Shown here: one piece after another, positions 37,415 through 46,825 of the stretch
Position numbering within the stretch: the stretch's first letter is position 1
How the letters are laid out: every line of letters starts with the position of its first letter
NCBI GenBank assembly: GCA_026129095.1
Contig: JAHCIT010000003.1
Span: forward strand, 124,001-188,000
Direction of reading: 5' to 3'
DNA: 64,000 nucleotides
Source: Deltaproteobacteria bacterium
GTDB lineage: Bacteria; JAGRBM01; JAHCIT01
Notes under the pieces: generated by a model
What the model saw: only the letters and a program-made list of their open reading frames with translations
What the model was told of the DNA's origin: nothing
Databases searched by the model: none
Program-made: the position numbers and the translations under genes

Positions 37415-37646
37415 CACTTGTCATTGCGGCGCGTCAAGATGGAACAATTAGAAACAGACAGGGCCGGTTAGCGGCAAAAAAACGATGGAATTACAGGTAG
37501 TTTTGCGTCTATGCTACCGGCCCGCGGCGCGCTGGCTTGAATTTTGGTGAGGGCTCGGCAAAAGGCGTCCCCAGCCCAATGGGCGCATTGTGAAGTCCGC
37601 CGTTGCAGGGTGAATTCGTTCCAAGGTCGGATAGTGTTGTAGCCCG

Positions 37647-39200
37647 ATGATCGTTCTGTGCCCAAGCTGCCAGGCCAAGTTCAAATTGGCCGATGAAAAG
37701 GTTACGGCCAAAGGCGTCAAGATCCGCTGTTCCAAATGTACGGCGGTTTTCACCGTCCGGCCTGATGGCTCGGCTGTTATTGCAGGGGAAGCCGCCCCCA
37801 AGCCACCGGTGCCGAGCGCTCCGCCAGCAACGAAGGCGCCACCAGCGGCGAAGCCTGGTCCGGTTTCCGGAAAAGCCGGGTTTGACAGCTTTGATCTGGG
37901 TGAATTCGCTGAGGTGTCGACCAAATCACATGTACCCAAAGGGCCACCTCCGCCAGCAGCTCCGAAGCCAGCGTCTCTACCCCAAAAGGCTGCGGCACCG
38001 AAACCGGCAGCACCCAAGTCGCCAGTGGACGATGACCTGTCCGGTTTTTTCTCCGCAGGAATGGACAAGCCCTCGCCCGCAGCCGCACCCAAGCCTCCGG
38101 TCAAGCGACCTCTTCCTCCCCCGGCTGCTGCCAGTGATCCGTTTGCCAGTATTCCACCGGCACCCCCGCGCAAGGCCAAGGCGAGCCCAGCTCCGGCACC
38201 TGGTGGTGGTGATGGTCTAGATGATCTCTTCGCATCGGCCCCTCCGCCACAGCCAAAGCCGTCTCCCGCACCCCCGAAACGGCCTGCTGCACCGGTCGCC
38301 CGGCGCCCGGCAGTCCCTCCACCGCCTCCACCTTCCGGTGACGGAGGTGAAAACCTCGATTTTGGAGGTGACATCGAGCTCGATGTTGACCGCACGGGAG
38401 ATGCATTTGGCGGAGTATTTGCCGATGCGCCGCCTCCGCCAAAAAACAAAGGCGGCAAGGCCCCTGGCAGCGACGACAGCTTCGATTCGCTGCTGTCAGG
38501 CGCCCCGGCGGGCTTCGCGGATGCTCCTCCGCCTCCCACGCAGACGGCCAATCTGGAACTCGACGCGCACTCCTCCAAGACGCTGGAGTTCCTGAGCCGG
38601 GCGGGAGATTCCAGCCGCCGTAAGCCGGTCCGTGACGATGGTCCGGGGATGGGGCTGATCATCGGTCTCACTGTTGGTGTGACGATGCTGCTGGCGGTTG
38701 GTTTGAGGAGCATGGTCGAGTTTGCTCCGGAAAGCCTGCCCGGTGTGTCGCTCGAAACGGCACGTCTCATACGGGACATTGTTCCGTTCCCGGTGACAAA
38801 TCCCGACTTCCCGCCCCCGCAACCCAAGATCGAGGCACGGGTAGACCAGACCTTCCCGGTAACGAACCTGGCGGGCGAGGTGATCTATGTGGCCACGGGG
38901 AAAATGGTGAACCGCAGCGGGGCGCCAATGAATTTTCTAAGGGTCCGGTTGCGGCTCAGGGATCCGCAGGGGGCCGTGCTCCAGGAAAAAACCGTGTATG
39001 CAGGCAATTCGATCAGCGTAGACCGACTGCAGAAGACCGACCCGCAAGACCTCGATTCCGAACTCCAGCGCAAGCTGGGAGCCAATAACAGCAACATGAA
39101 TGTCGGCAATAATACGACGCTGAACTTCATGGCGATTTTCTACCGTTACGGCGGCGATCCCGGCGCGGTCGAAATTGTCGAGACGACAGCCGGGATTTAG
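37647..39200 (+). CDS. Zinc-ribbon (MJ0042-type) / Pro-rich linker / TM / DUF3426-like protein (ZitP/GltJ-like architecture)
   Basis: CPSCQAKF...KIRCSKCTAVF; long Pro/Ala linker; TM MGLIIGLTVGVTMLLAVGL; C-terminal V.G..VN...V.L.D..G..L..K..YAGN. Confidence 0.8.
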   Translation: MIVLCPSCQAKFKLADEKVTAKGVKIRCSKCTAVFTVRPDGSAVIAGEAAPKPPVPSAPPATKAPPAAKPGPVSGKAGFDSFDLGEFAEVSTKSHVPKGPPPPAAPKPASLPQKAAAPKPAAPKSPVDDDLSGFFSAGMDKPSPAAAPKPPVKRPLPPPAAASDPFASIPPAPPRKAKASPAPAPGGGDGLDDLFASAPPPQPKPSPAPPKRPAAPVARRPAVPPPPPPSGDGGENLDFGGDIELDVDRTGDAFGGVFADAPPPPKNKGGKAPGSDDSFDSLLSGAPAGFADAPPPPTQTANLELDAHSSKTLEFLSRAGDSSRRKPVRDDGPGMGLIIGLTVGVTMLLAVGLRSMVEFAPESLPGVSLETARLIRDIVPFPVTNPDFPPPQPKIEARVDQTFPVTNLAGEVIYVATGKMVNRSGAPMNFLRVRLRLRDPQGAVLQEKTVYAGNSISVDRLQKTDPQDLDSELQRKLGANNSNMNVGNNTTLNFMAIFYRYGGDPGAVEIVETTAGI

Positions 39201-39237
39201 GCACCCAAAAGATTCCTGCTGCCCAAAGTGATCTGCC

Positions 39238-39374
39238 TTATCCACAGGCAACGATCCACAGGAGCTTTTCCCGCCCCAACCTCGTTTCGAATCGCACAGT
39301 TAGGGTATTCTTCTCAAAGTGAGCCGGGTTTGTCTGCCCAGTTTCTCCCCATAGTTTCCACCCACTTATGCCCA
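39238..39374 (+). promoter_or_regulatory. DnaA box cluster upstream of nrdJ
   Basis: TTATCCACA 39238, CGATCCACA 39252, and degenerate boxes at 39332, 39343, 39354, 39366. Confidence 0.6.
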
Positions 39375-39417
39375 TATGTAGGGGTAATACTTAAATATAT
39401 GGCACAACATCTAGTGG
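39369..39417 (+). promoter_or_regulatory. Tandem NrdR boxes
   Basis: TGCCCATATGTAGGGG (39369-39384) and GCACAACATCTAGTGG (39402-39417) match acaCwAtATaTwGtg; upstream of a ribonucleotide reductase. Confidence 0.75.
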
Positions 39418-39425
39418 TTTTTCCG

Positions 39426-39455
39426 TTGACAAAGCCGGGGCGGTCTGGTTAAACG
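39426..39455 (+). promoter_or_regulatory. Candidate sigma70 promoter for nrdJ
   Basis: TTGACA at 39426, then TGG-TTAAAC(G) after 17-18 nt; immediately downstream of the NrdR boxes. Confidence 0.55.
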
Positions 39456-39762
39456 GGTTCATCACAACGGCAGGCAAGCTGTCGCGTCGAGCAGGGGTCA
39501 TCACGGTAGAGGTGAAGAAGACACTCGTCTCCTGAACGCCAGTTTTTGCCCGAATTAACAGGTTCCAGCCCGCGGTCCGGCGGTCTTTGGGGGCTTCTCC
39601 CGGCAAGGCATGAACCTGACTTCCGTCAATCCCCCCTTAATGCGGGGGATGGCAGAATGGGGATGTTACGCCCTTGGCGGCGGAGCTTGCCGGTGTGGTT
39701 TTCGGTCCGGAGCAGGGGGCTGCCTGCGGACTGGCTGGCGGATTGCCGGGGGAGTTGCTCAT

Positions 39763-42700
39763 ATGAAGTTCACGCGCCGGTACACGACTGAAGGCAAGGG
39801 GCCCTACGACGGAATTGAGTTCGTCGCGAGGACATCGAAGATCGTCAACCCGGACGGGTCGGTGGTATTCGAAATGAACAACATCATGGCTCCCTCCGAC
39901 TGGTCCCAGGTAGCCGTGGATATCCTGGCCCAGAAATATTTCCGCAAGGCGGGGGTTCCCCGCATCCTGAAGCGGGTTCCTGCCGACGGGATCCCTGAGT
40001 GGCTCCAGCGGAGCATCGCCGACGAAGAAGCACTGGCGAAACTTCCCGATGGCCAGCGCTATGGCAGCGAGTCCGACGCCCGTGACGTGTTCAACCGGTT
40101 GGCCGGCTGCTGGACATACTGGGGATCGCGGCACGGTTACTTCAGTTCGGAAAAGGACGCCCTCGTTTTCTACGAGGAGTTCTGTGCCATGCTGGCCCGG
40201 CAGATGGGCGCACCCAATTCGCCCCAGTGGTTCAACACCGGCCTTCAGTGGGCCTATGGAATCGACGGTCCGGCGCAGGGACATTACTACGTAGATCCCA
40301 GGTCGGGGGAGATGACCCGTTCGCGCTCAGCTTACGAGCACCCCCAGCCGCACGCCTGTTTCATCCAGTCGGTGAGTGACGATCTGGTGAACGATGGCGG
40401 CATCATGGACCTGTGGACCCGTGAGGCCCGCATCTTCAAATACGGATCGGGCACAGGGTCGAACTTCTCCGCCATTCGCGGCGCCAATGAGAAACTCTCA
40501 GGCGGTGGACGCTCGTCCGGTCTCATGAGCTTTCTCCAGATTGGCGACCGTGCGGCTGGCGCCATCAAGTCCGGCGGCACAACCCGGCGGGCGGCCAAGA
40601 TGGTGACAGTCGATATCGACCACCCGGATATCGAGGACTACATCAACTGGAAGGTAATTGAGGAGCAGAAGGTTGCCGCACTGGTGACAGGGTCGGCGCT
40701 CTGCAACCGGCACCTGAACCGGATCATGAAGGCCGCGCACGAATGGCCCGAACCCTCCGAACGGTTCGACCACAAGGCAAACCGGGACTTGCGCGCCGCT
40801 GTGCGGGAAGCGCGGAAGACGGGCATACCGGACAACTACATTGCCCGCATCCTCCAGCTTGCCGAGCAGGGATATACCTCGGTCGAGTTCCCGGTCTACG
40901 ACACCAACTGGAACTCGGCCGCCTACGCCACAGTCAGCGGACAGAACTCCAACAACTCCGTCCGGCTTTCCAATGATTTCCTCAAGGCAGTCGAGGCCGA
41001 CGGCCCCTGGAATCTCACCGCCCGCACGTCGGGGAAGGTGACGAAAACCCTCCCCGCACGGCAGCTGTATGAGCAGATTGCCCATGCTGCCTGGGCATGC
41101 GCCGATCCGGGTGTCCAGTTCGACACGACCATCAACGAGTGGCACACCTGCCCGGCTGATGGCCGGATCAATGCGAGCAACCCGTGCTCGGAATACATGT
41201 TCCTGGACGACACGGCCTGCAATCTCGCATCGCTGAACCTGATGAAGTTCTACGACCCGAAGAACGGCAGGTTCGACGTGGAAAGCTATGACCACGCGTG
41301 CCGGCTCTGGACCGTTGCGCTGGAAATCTCGGTGCTGATGGCCCAGTTCCCGAGCCGCAAGATCGCGGAGCTGTCCTACCGGTTCCGGACCCTCGGCCTG
41401 GGCTATGCCAACATGGGGACGATGCTCATGGTGGCCGGGATCCCGTATGATTCGCAGGAGGCATTCGCCATCTGCGGTGCGATCACGGCAATCATGACGG
41501 GCGTTTCCTACCGGACGTCGGCCGAAATGGCCGGTGAGCTGGGCGCTTTCCCCGGCTATGACAAGAATCGCGAGCCGATGCTCCGGGTGATCCGGAACCA
41601 CCGGCGTGCGGCCTATGGCGTTCCGGCAGCCGAATACGAAGGCCTGACTGTCGTTCCGATGGCGATCAGTCCGAAGAACTGTCCGGACTATCTTCTCAAG
41701 GCCGCCCGGCGTTCCTGGGACGAGGCGCTTGCGAAGGGGCAGGAGCACGGCTACCGCAACGCCCAGGTGACGGTCATCGCGCCGACGGGGACGATCGGCC
41801 TCGTGATGGATTGCGATACCACCGGCATCGAGCCGGACTTTGCGCTGGTGAAGTTCAAGAAGCTGGCCGGAGGCGGATACTTCAAGATCATCAACCTGTC
41901 GGTGCCAGTGGCGCTGGAGCGACTGGGTTACACCCAGGAGCAGATCCGGGACATCGTGAACTACTGCCGCGGCAGCGGTTCCATCGGCGGCGCGCCGCAT
42001 ATCAATCCGGCGGCCCTTCAGGCCAAGGGGTTCAAGGCGGAGCAGATCGCGGCGATCGAGCAGGCCCTTGATGCCGCCTTCGACATCTCGTTCGCCTTCA
42101 ACAAGTGGACGCTTGGCGAGGCGTTCTGCAGGGAGACGCTGGGACTGAGCAATGCCCAGCTTGCCGATCCGGTCTTCAGCCTGCTGGAACACTTGGGGTT
42201 CTCGAAAGAACAGATCCGCGAGGCGAACAACTACGTTTGCGGCACGATGACCATCGAGGGTGCACCGCACCTGAAGGAATCCGACTATCCCGTATTCGAC
42301 TGCGCCAACAAGTGCGGGCGGACCGGAAAGCGGTTTATCCAGTACCGTGCCCATCTGCACATGATGGCGGCCGCGCAGCCGTTCATTTCAGGCGCGATCT
42401 CCAAGACGATCAACATGCCAAACGAGGCGACCGTCCAGGATGTGCGTGACTGCTACACCGAATCCTGGCAGCTCATGCTGAAGGCCATCGCCCTGTACCG
42501 CGACGGATCGAAACTCTCACAGCCGCTCAATGTGAGCGCCGACGATGACCTGTTCGAGGACGATACGGAACTGGACGACCGGACGGTGGACGAGCCTGCA
42601 GCGATACGCATGGCCGAAAAAATCGTCCACCGTTACCTGTACCGCAGCAAGCGCCGGCTGCTCCCGACCCGCCGGAAAGGGTATACCCAGAAGGCGATTG

Positions 42701-43416
42701 TCGGCGGCCACAAGGTCTATATCCGCACAGGTGAGTATGATGATGGCTCCATCGGGGAGATATTCATCGACATGCACAAGGAGGGCGCTGCCTTCCGGAG
42801 CCTGATGAACTGCTTTGCCATCGCTGTCTCCCTGGGACTTCAACACGGTGTTCCGCTGGATGAATACGTTGATGCCTTCGTATTCACGCGGTTCGAGCCA
42901 AATGGCATGGTGGCGGGCAATGACCGGATCAAACTGTCGACATCCATCGTGGACTATATCTTCCGCGAACTGGCGATCAGTTACCTGGGCCGGAACGAAC
43001 TGGCGCAGGTCCAGCCGGACGATCTCCGGAGCGATTCGATCCGCCAGCCGAACGAGCCAGTGTTCGAGGATGAGGAAGTGGTCGAGGAACGTGAGCGCGT
43101 TCTGGATGCCCTGAATCCGGAACAGATGCCGCTGCTTGCCGGCCGACCCGGCGATGATGGCCAGAGCGGCGGCAACGGCCACGGCCGTCCGGTGGAAGCA
43201 CATTCCGAAGCATCCGTGGGCGCAGGCGCGGCGCCAGCCGCCAGCTTCCGGCTTTCCGGCTCGGCTGCCGGCCGGCCGACCCGCGCGGCGGTTTCCGAGG
43301 CCAAGGCCAAGGGCTACGAAGGTGATCCCTGCGGTGAGTGTGGAGCGATGACGCTCGTCCGCAACGGCACCTGCCTCAAGTGTGTCACCTGCGGCTCGAC
43401 GAGCGGCTGCAGCTGA
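39763..43416 (+). CDS. nrdJ: Vitamin B12-dependent (class II) ribonucleotide reductase
   Basis: [61 protein letters not shown]-terminal zinc ribbon ending GCS; GGAG SD; no intein seen. Confidence 0.97.
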   Translation: MKFTRRYTTEGKGPYDGIEFVARTSKIVNPDGSVVFEMNNIMAPSDWSQVAVDILAQKYFRKAGVPRILKRVPADGIPEWLQRSIADEEALAKLPDGQRYGSESDARDVFNRLAGCWTYWGSRHGYFSSEKDALVFYEEFCAMLARQMGAPNSPQWFNTGLQWAYGIDGPAQGHYYVDPRSGEMTRSRSAYEHPQPHACFIQSVSDDLVNDGGIMDLWTREARIFKYGSGTGSNFSAIRGANEKLSGGGRSSGLMSFLQIGDRAAGAIKSGGTTRRAAKMVTVDIDHPDIEDYINWKVIEEQKVAALVTGSALCNRHLNRIMKAAHEWPEPSERFDHKANRDLRAAVREARKTGIPDNYIARILQLAEQGYTSVEFPVYDTNWNSAAYATVSGQNSNNSVRLSNDFLKAVEADGPWNLTARTSGKVTKTLPARQLYEQIAHAAWACADPGVQFDTTINEWHTCPADGRINASNPCSEYMFLDDTACNLASLNLMKFYDPKNGRFDVESYDHACRLWTVALEISVLMAQFPSRKIAELSYRFRTLGLGYANMGTMLMVAGIPYDSQEAFAICGAITAIMTGVSYRTSAEMAGELGAFPGYDKNREPMLRVIRNHRRAAYGVPAAEYEGLTVVPMAISPKNCPDYLLKAARRSWDEALAKGQEHGYRNAQVTVIAPTGTIGLVMDCDTTGIEPDFALVKFKKLAGGGYFKIINLSVPVALERLGYTQEQIRDIVNYCRGSGSIGGAPHINPAALQAKGFKAEQIAAIEQALDAAFDISFAFNKWTLGEAFCRETLGLSNAQLADPVFSLLEHLGFSKEQIREANNYVCGTMTIEGAPHLKESDYPVFDCANKCGRTGKRFIQYRAHLHMMAAAQPFISGAISKTINMPNEATVQDVRDCYTESWQLMLKAIALYRDGSKLSQPLNVSADDDLFEDDTELDDRTVDEPAAIRMAEKIVHRYLYRSKRRLLPTRRKGYTQKAIVGGHKVYIRTGEYDDGSIGEIFIDMHKEGAAFRSLMNCFAIAVSLGLQHGVPLDEYVDAFVFTRFEPNGMVAGNDRIKLSTSIVDYIFRELAISYLGRNELAQVQPDDLRSDSIRQPNEPVFEDEEVVEERERVLDALNPEQMPLLAGRPGDDGQSGGNGHGRPVEAHSEASVGAGAAPAASFRLSGSAAGRPTRAAVSEAKAKGYEGDPCGECGAMTLVRNGTCLKCVTCGSTSGCS

Positions 43417-43436
43417 TACCGGTGCCGCGTTGAAGC

Positions 43437-43474
43437 CTGAAACGGGGGACCTGACGGTTCCCCGTTTCAGTTTC
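43437..43474. terminator. Hairpin between convergent nrdJ and L,D-transpeptidase genes, likely terminator
   Basis: CTGAAACGGGG / CCCCGTTTCAG 11-bp stem followed by TTTC. Confidence 0.65.
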
Positions 43475-44703
43475 GGGCATCGGAGTCATCATCCGTTTGA
43501 GGCTGGAAACGGGGCAGTTTCACCGGCGGAGCCCGTTCGACCAGGACCGGAAGGGAAGGCCGGCCGGCCATGTCCGGAATGATCGAATGCCAGCCGAACG
43601 GCAGTTCCGGCGGGCTCCAGTCAAAGAGCCACCGGGCGTCTTTCACGGAGATGTTCACGCATCCGTGGCTTACCTGTGTTCCGAACTGGCTGTGCCAGAA
43701 GGAACCGTGCAGGGCTATTCCTTCAGAGAAAAACAGGATATCGGGAACTTCTTCGACAAGATATGGGTCGTCCTCTAGGCCGCTCATCGGTTCATGCCGG
43801 GCCTTTTGCCAGACCATGAATAGCCCCTCGGGTGTCGGAGTCTGGTCCTTGCCAGAAGAGACGAGTGTCGCCAGCACTGGCCGGTCGCCTTCATAGGCCA
43901 CCAGCGTTTGCTCCCGGAGGTCCACGTGTACCCATTTCCCGCCAGCACTGACACCTGCGGGACGGTCCCTCTGTACCGCAAGGCGGACCGCACTGCGGGA
44001 CAGGCTGCCCGGTGCAGTCACGATATTTCCTTTCACATCGGTTCCGAGGACGGGAAGATGGACATGGCGCTCAAACAGTTCATCGGTAGATGTTCTCACT
44101 CTTCTCAGGGTGAAGGCGATGGGGAGTTCCGGGTCCGGTACACCTGAAAAGGGATAGGGTTCGATCCGGGCAACCTGGCTGCTGCGGACATAGGTTCCAT
44201 CAATGCGCCTGAGCCACCCCTTCTCGTAGAGTGCGTCATCGAGGAAAACGGCAATCATCGTGTCAACGGTCACGCGGCCCGTTTCCTTTGCTGCGTCATC
44301 CGGGCGGTCACGGAATGCCGTGTCCTTCCGGATAACCCGTCCGTACCAGTAAGGGAGGTGCAGAAATCCCTCCGGCTGCGGCGGGGGTGTTTCGATCCGT
44401 TTCAGGAGCGAATTGCGGACATACCCATCTCCCAGAAGCCGGACCCAGGCGGACGGATCCGTACATGAGGGCAGGCACTCCTGGACAATCACGTTGTCCC
44501 CGGAACGGAGGATGCCGATGGCGGGAGATTTTGCATCCGGAAGTTTACGGATGAAGGAGGATTCTGCCTGCAGCGTGGCCCAGACGGGCAGTTCGGGAGG
44601 GGATGAGGACGGAGGGGAACTGCCGATCGAAACAGCGGCGAGGACAGGGACGATCCCCCCGAAATGCCCGGAGCAACGAGCCTTTGACCAGAACCGGAAT
44701 CAC
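43467..44703 (-). CDS. L,D-transpeptidase (YkuD) with N-terminal SH3-like domain; probable frameshift at 44655-44660
   Basis: VDLREQTLVAYEG, VSSGK...TPEG, IALHG.FWH..FG...SHGCVN. The frame stays open upstream of GTG 44492 through an SH3b-like segment but has no start; a GTG at 44703 is one base out of frame. Confidence 0.75.
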
Positions 44704-44767
44704 GGGAGGAAACTATAGCCGGCCAGGCATTTGCCGCTACCGTCAGAAGCCAGCACAGGCCATCAGC

Positions 44768-45604
44768 CTATGCGGTCAGCCCTGTCATCTTTTCGCTTAC
44801 TTCCCACAGGCGGCGCATGACATCGGGGTTGCGGGATTCGGGGCGGCTCCAGGCGGGCTTGCAGCGGACGTAGTATCCGCCGGTCTGGCCTTCCACTTCC
44901 GGCGAACTGGAAAGGTAAACCGGTGTCCGGGCCCCGGATTCGGACGAGATCATGAATCGCCGGGCGATTCCGAACAGGCGTTCCGGCACCTGCCCGCCTG
45001 CGAAATTCGTATTGACGCCGCCGGGGTGCAGGGCATTGGACGTGACGCCGGTCCCCTCCAGCCGCTTGGCCAGTTCACGGGCGAACAGGATATTGGCGAG
45101 CTTGGAATTGCAGTAGGCGAGCCACATGTTGAACCGTTTGGAGCTATCGATGTCGCTGAAATTGATATGCCCGGCCCAGTGCCCTCCGGACGAGACAGTC
45201 ACGACCCGCGCAGGGGCACTCTTTTTCAGGACATCCAGCAGGAGACTGGTCAGGAGGAAGGGGGCCAGGTGGTTGGTTGCCCACTGAACCTCGATCCCGT
45301 CCTCGGTCATCTGCTTCTGCTTCTGGACCAGACCGGCATTGTTCACCAGCACGTCAAGGCGCGGGTAAGTGGACAGAAATTCGGCCGCCACCTTGCGGAC
45401 CTGTTTCTTGGAGGCGAGGTCGGCAATGAGCAGATCGACCCGGGCCCCCTGACCCTTCTCACGGATTTCCTGCTGGGCCGCACGGGCCTTCTCAGGATTC
45501 CGGCAAATCATCACGATATGGGCGCCCTTTTGGGCAAGTCCTATGGCGGTATCCTTGCCGATACCTGAATTGGCGCCGGTAATGACGCAGATTTTCCCGT
45601 TCAT
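44768..45604 (-). CDS. Short-chain dehydrogenase/reductase (retinol dehydrogenase-like)
   Basis: VITGANSGIG, LVNNAG, TNHLAPFLLT, VSS, YCNSKLAN, LHPG.V.T. Confidence 0.93.
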   Translation of the reverse strand: MNGKICVITGANSGIGKDTAIGLAQKGAHIVMICRNPEKARAAQQEIREKGQGARVDLLIADLASKKQVRKVAAEFLSTYPRLDVLVNNAGLVQKQKQMTEDGIEVQWATNHLAPFLLTSLLLDVLKKSAPARVVTVSSGGHWAGHINFSDIDSSKRFNMWLAYCNSKLANILFARELAKRLEGTGVTSNALHPGGVNTNFAGGQVPERLFGIARRFMISSESGARTPVYLSSSPEVEGQTGGYYVRCKPAWSRPESRNPDVMRRLWEVSEKMTGLTA

Positions 45605-45759
45605 GCCCTGAACCCCCATTCCGGTGGTCATATACGTTTGGTTCTGCCGGGGCGCAAGCCATTTTTCGGCCGGGCGGGGCTTTACTTTTGAAACGTCACT
45701 TCCTATGACCACTAAGCACCAAAACAGTCCGGATTCCGGATGATTAGGGGAAGTTGTTC

Positions 45760-46494
45760 GTGAGTGCTGCCAAAGCAAAACCGAAGAAAAAGGCTGTGGG
45801 GAAAGCCAAGGGGAAAAAGGCGAAAAAGCCGCCAGTTCCCAAAAAGACTGTAAAGCCGGCCCGGAAAAAGGCGGCCGGGAAGCCAAAGCCTGCGGCCAAG
45901 AGCAAGGTCCAAAAGCCCGTCCGGAAAACTCCGGCAGCAAAGCCCCAGAAGCCCGGCTTGAAAGTCTTGTCGCCCGAAAAGCCGCGGGAGACCGCACCGC
46001 CAACTCCAGTCCCGAAGAAACCGCCCACGCAGCCTGCCCCGCCGCCCGCACCCGCTCCCGTGGAGCAGCCCGCCGAGCCCGAGCACAATCCCTACGGGGC
46101 GAGTGATGAGGCAGTCGAGGACACGACGGAACTGCTTGGTGTCGTATTCCCGCGCAATGTCATCCGGATATGGAAGGCATTGAACGGGGCCGGGATCAAC
46201 GACTGGAAGTTCCACGCCCTCAGGGACCCCGCAAACCCCACGGCCGACCGCCGGGATATTATCCACATCAATACCGATGCCCGGCCGGAGGATTTCCCGG
46301 ACGATTTCATCAGCATCGCCGAGCAAGATGGCAACCATCTGGTTCTCCAGCGTGAGGACGACCGGCTGCTTCCGGAACTGTTCGTATGGGACCACGACAC
46401 GGCCGATGTTGCCGAATACGACGAGGATCTTGCGAATTTTGTCGAAGAAGCAGAAGAAATCCGAGACGAGCTGCTGCGCCGTCGACGCCGCTGA
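45760..46494 (+). CDS. Histone H1-like Lys/Ala/Pro-rich region fused to SMI1/KNR4 (SUKH) domain
   Basis: KAKPKKKAVGKAKGKKAKKPP...; then GASDEAVE..TELLGVVFP.....WKALNG...FISIAEQDGNHLVL...LFVWDHDT. Confidence 0.7.
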   Translation: MSAAKAKPKKKAVGKAKGKKAKKPPVPKKTVKPARKKAAGKPKPAAKSKVQKPVRKTPAAKPQKPGLKVLSPEKPRETAPPTPVPKKPPTQPAPPPAPAPVEQPAEPEHNPYGASDEAVEDTTELLGVVFPRNVIRIWKALNGAGINDWKFHALRDPANPTADRRDIIHINTDARPEDFPDDFISIAEQDGNHLVLQREDDRLLPELFVWDHDTADVAEYDEDLANFVEEAEEIRDELLRRRRR

Positions 46495-46544
46495 AGCGGG
46501 GCGGACGTGCAGCAGGGGTTCCCGCAGCGGAAAGGCAGGATCAG

Positions 46545-46811
46545 ATGCCGACTTACAAGGGCTACCAGTTCGTCATCAAGGTTAAGGCCGAGGAGATCAA
46601 CTCCATTGACCCTGCCACACGCAAGCGGATCAAGGAAAAGGGATTCGTTGCCTATTGCCCGGAAATGATGGATCCGCAGGGCCGCAAGCTCTGGGTAACG
46701 GCTCCGCCCCATGAGATACTGCCGGCATCCCATACCGGCAAGGATGATGCGATCAAGCTGATCGCCGACCGTATACGGCAATTCATAGACAAGCGCCCCG
46801 AGCAGAAGTAA
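46545..46811 (+). CDS. Small protein (88 aa), weakly HicB-like
   Basis: AGGA SD; YQFVIKV...GFVAYCPEM...GKDDAIKLIADRI resembles the HicB N-terminal domain. Confidence 0.5.
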   Translation: MPTYKGYQFVIKVKAEEINSIDPATRKRIKEKGFVAYCPEMMDPQGRKLWVTAPPHEILPASHTGKDDAIKLIADRIRQFIDKRPEQK

Positions 46812-46825
46812 CAGGCAGCCGAAAC

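Noticed and set aside
39555..39620. Cobalamin riboswitch (AGGTTC...ACCTG ends)
   Set aside because: Internal conserved elements (AGGGAA, GGTG..TCC, GCCACTG, B12 box) are not visible; kept only as an unknown structured leader.
39610..39762. 51-aa N-terminal extension of NrdJ in the ORF track
   Set aside because: Not RNR-like; GGAG SD precedes ATG 39763, where the conserved sequence begins.
40498..42360. 620-aa minus-strand ORF inside nrdJ
   Set aside because: Antisense shadow of a GC3-rich gene; no motifs.
39763..43416. Intein or intron in the RNR
   Set aside because: Continuous motifs, normal length for fused NrdJ, no splice-junction or homing-endonuclease signature.
45605..46051. Long N-terminal extension of the SDR (427-aa call); similar over-long calls for nadK, coaE and glgA
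   Set aside because: Extensions overlap neighbouring genes; conserved domains start at later codons.
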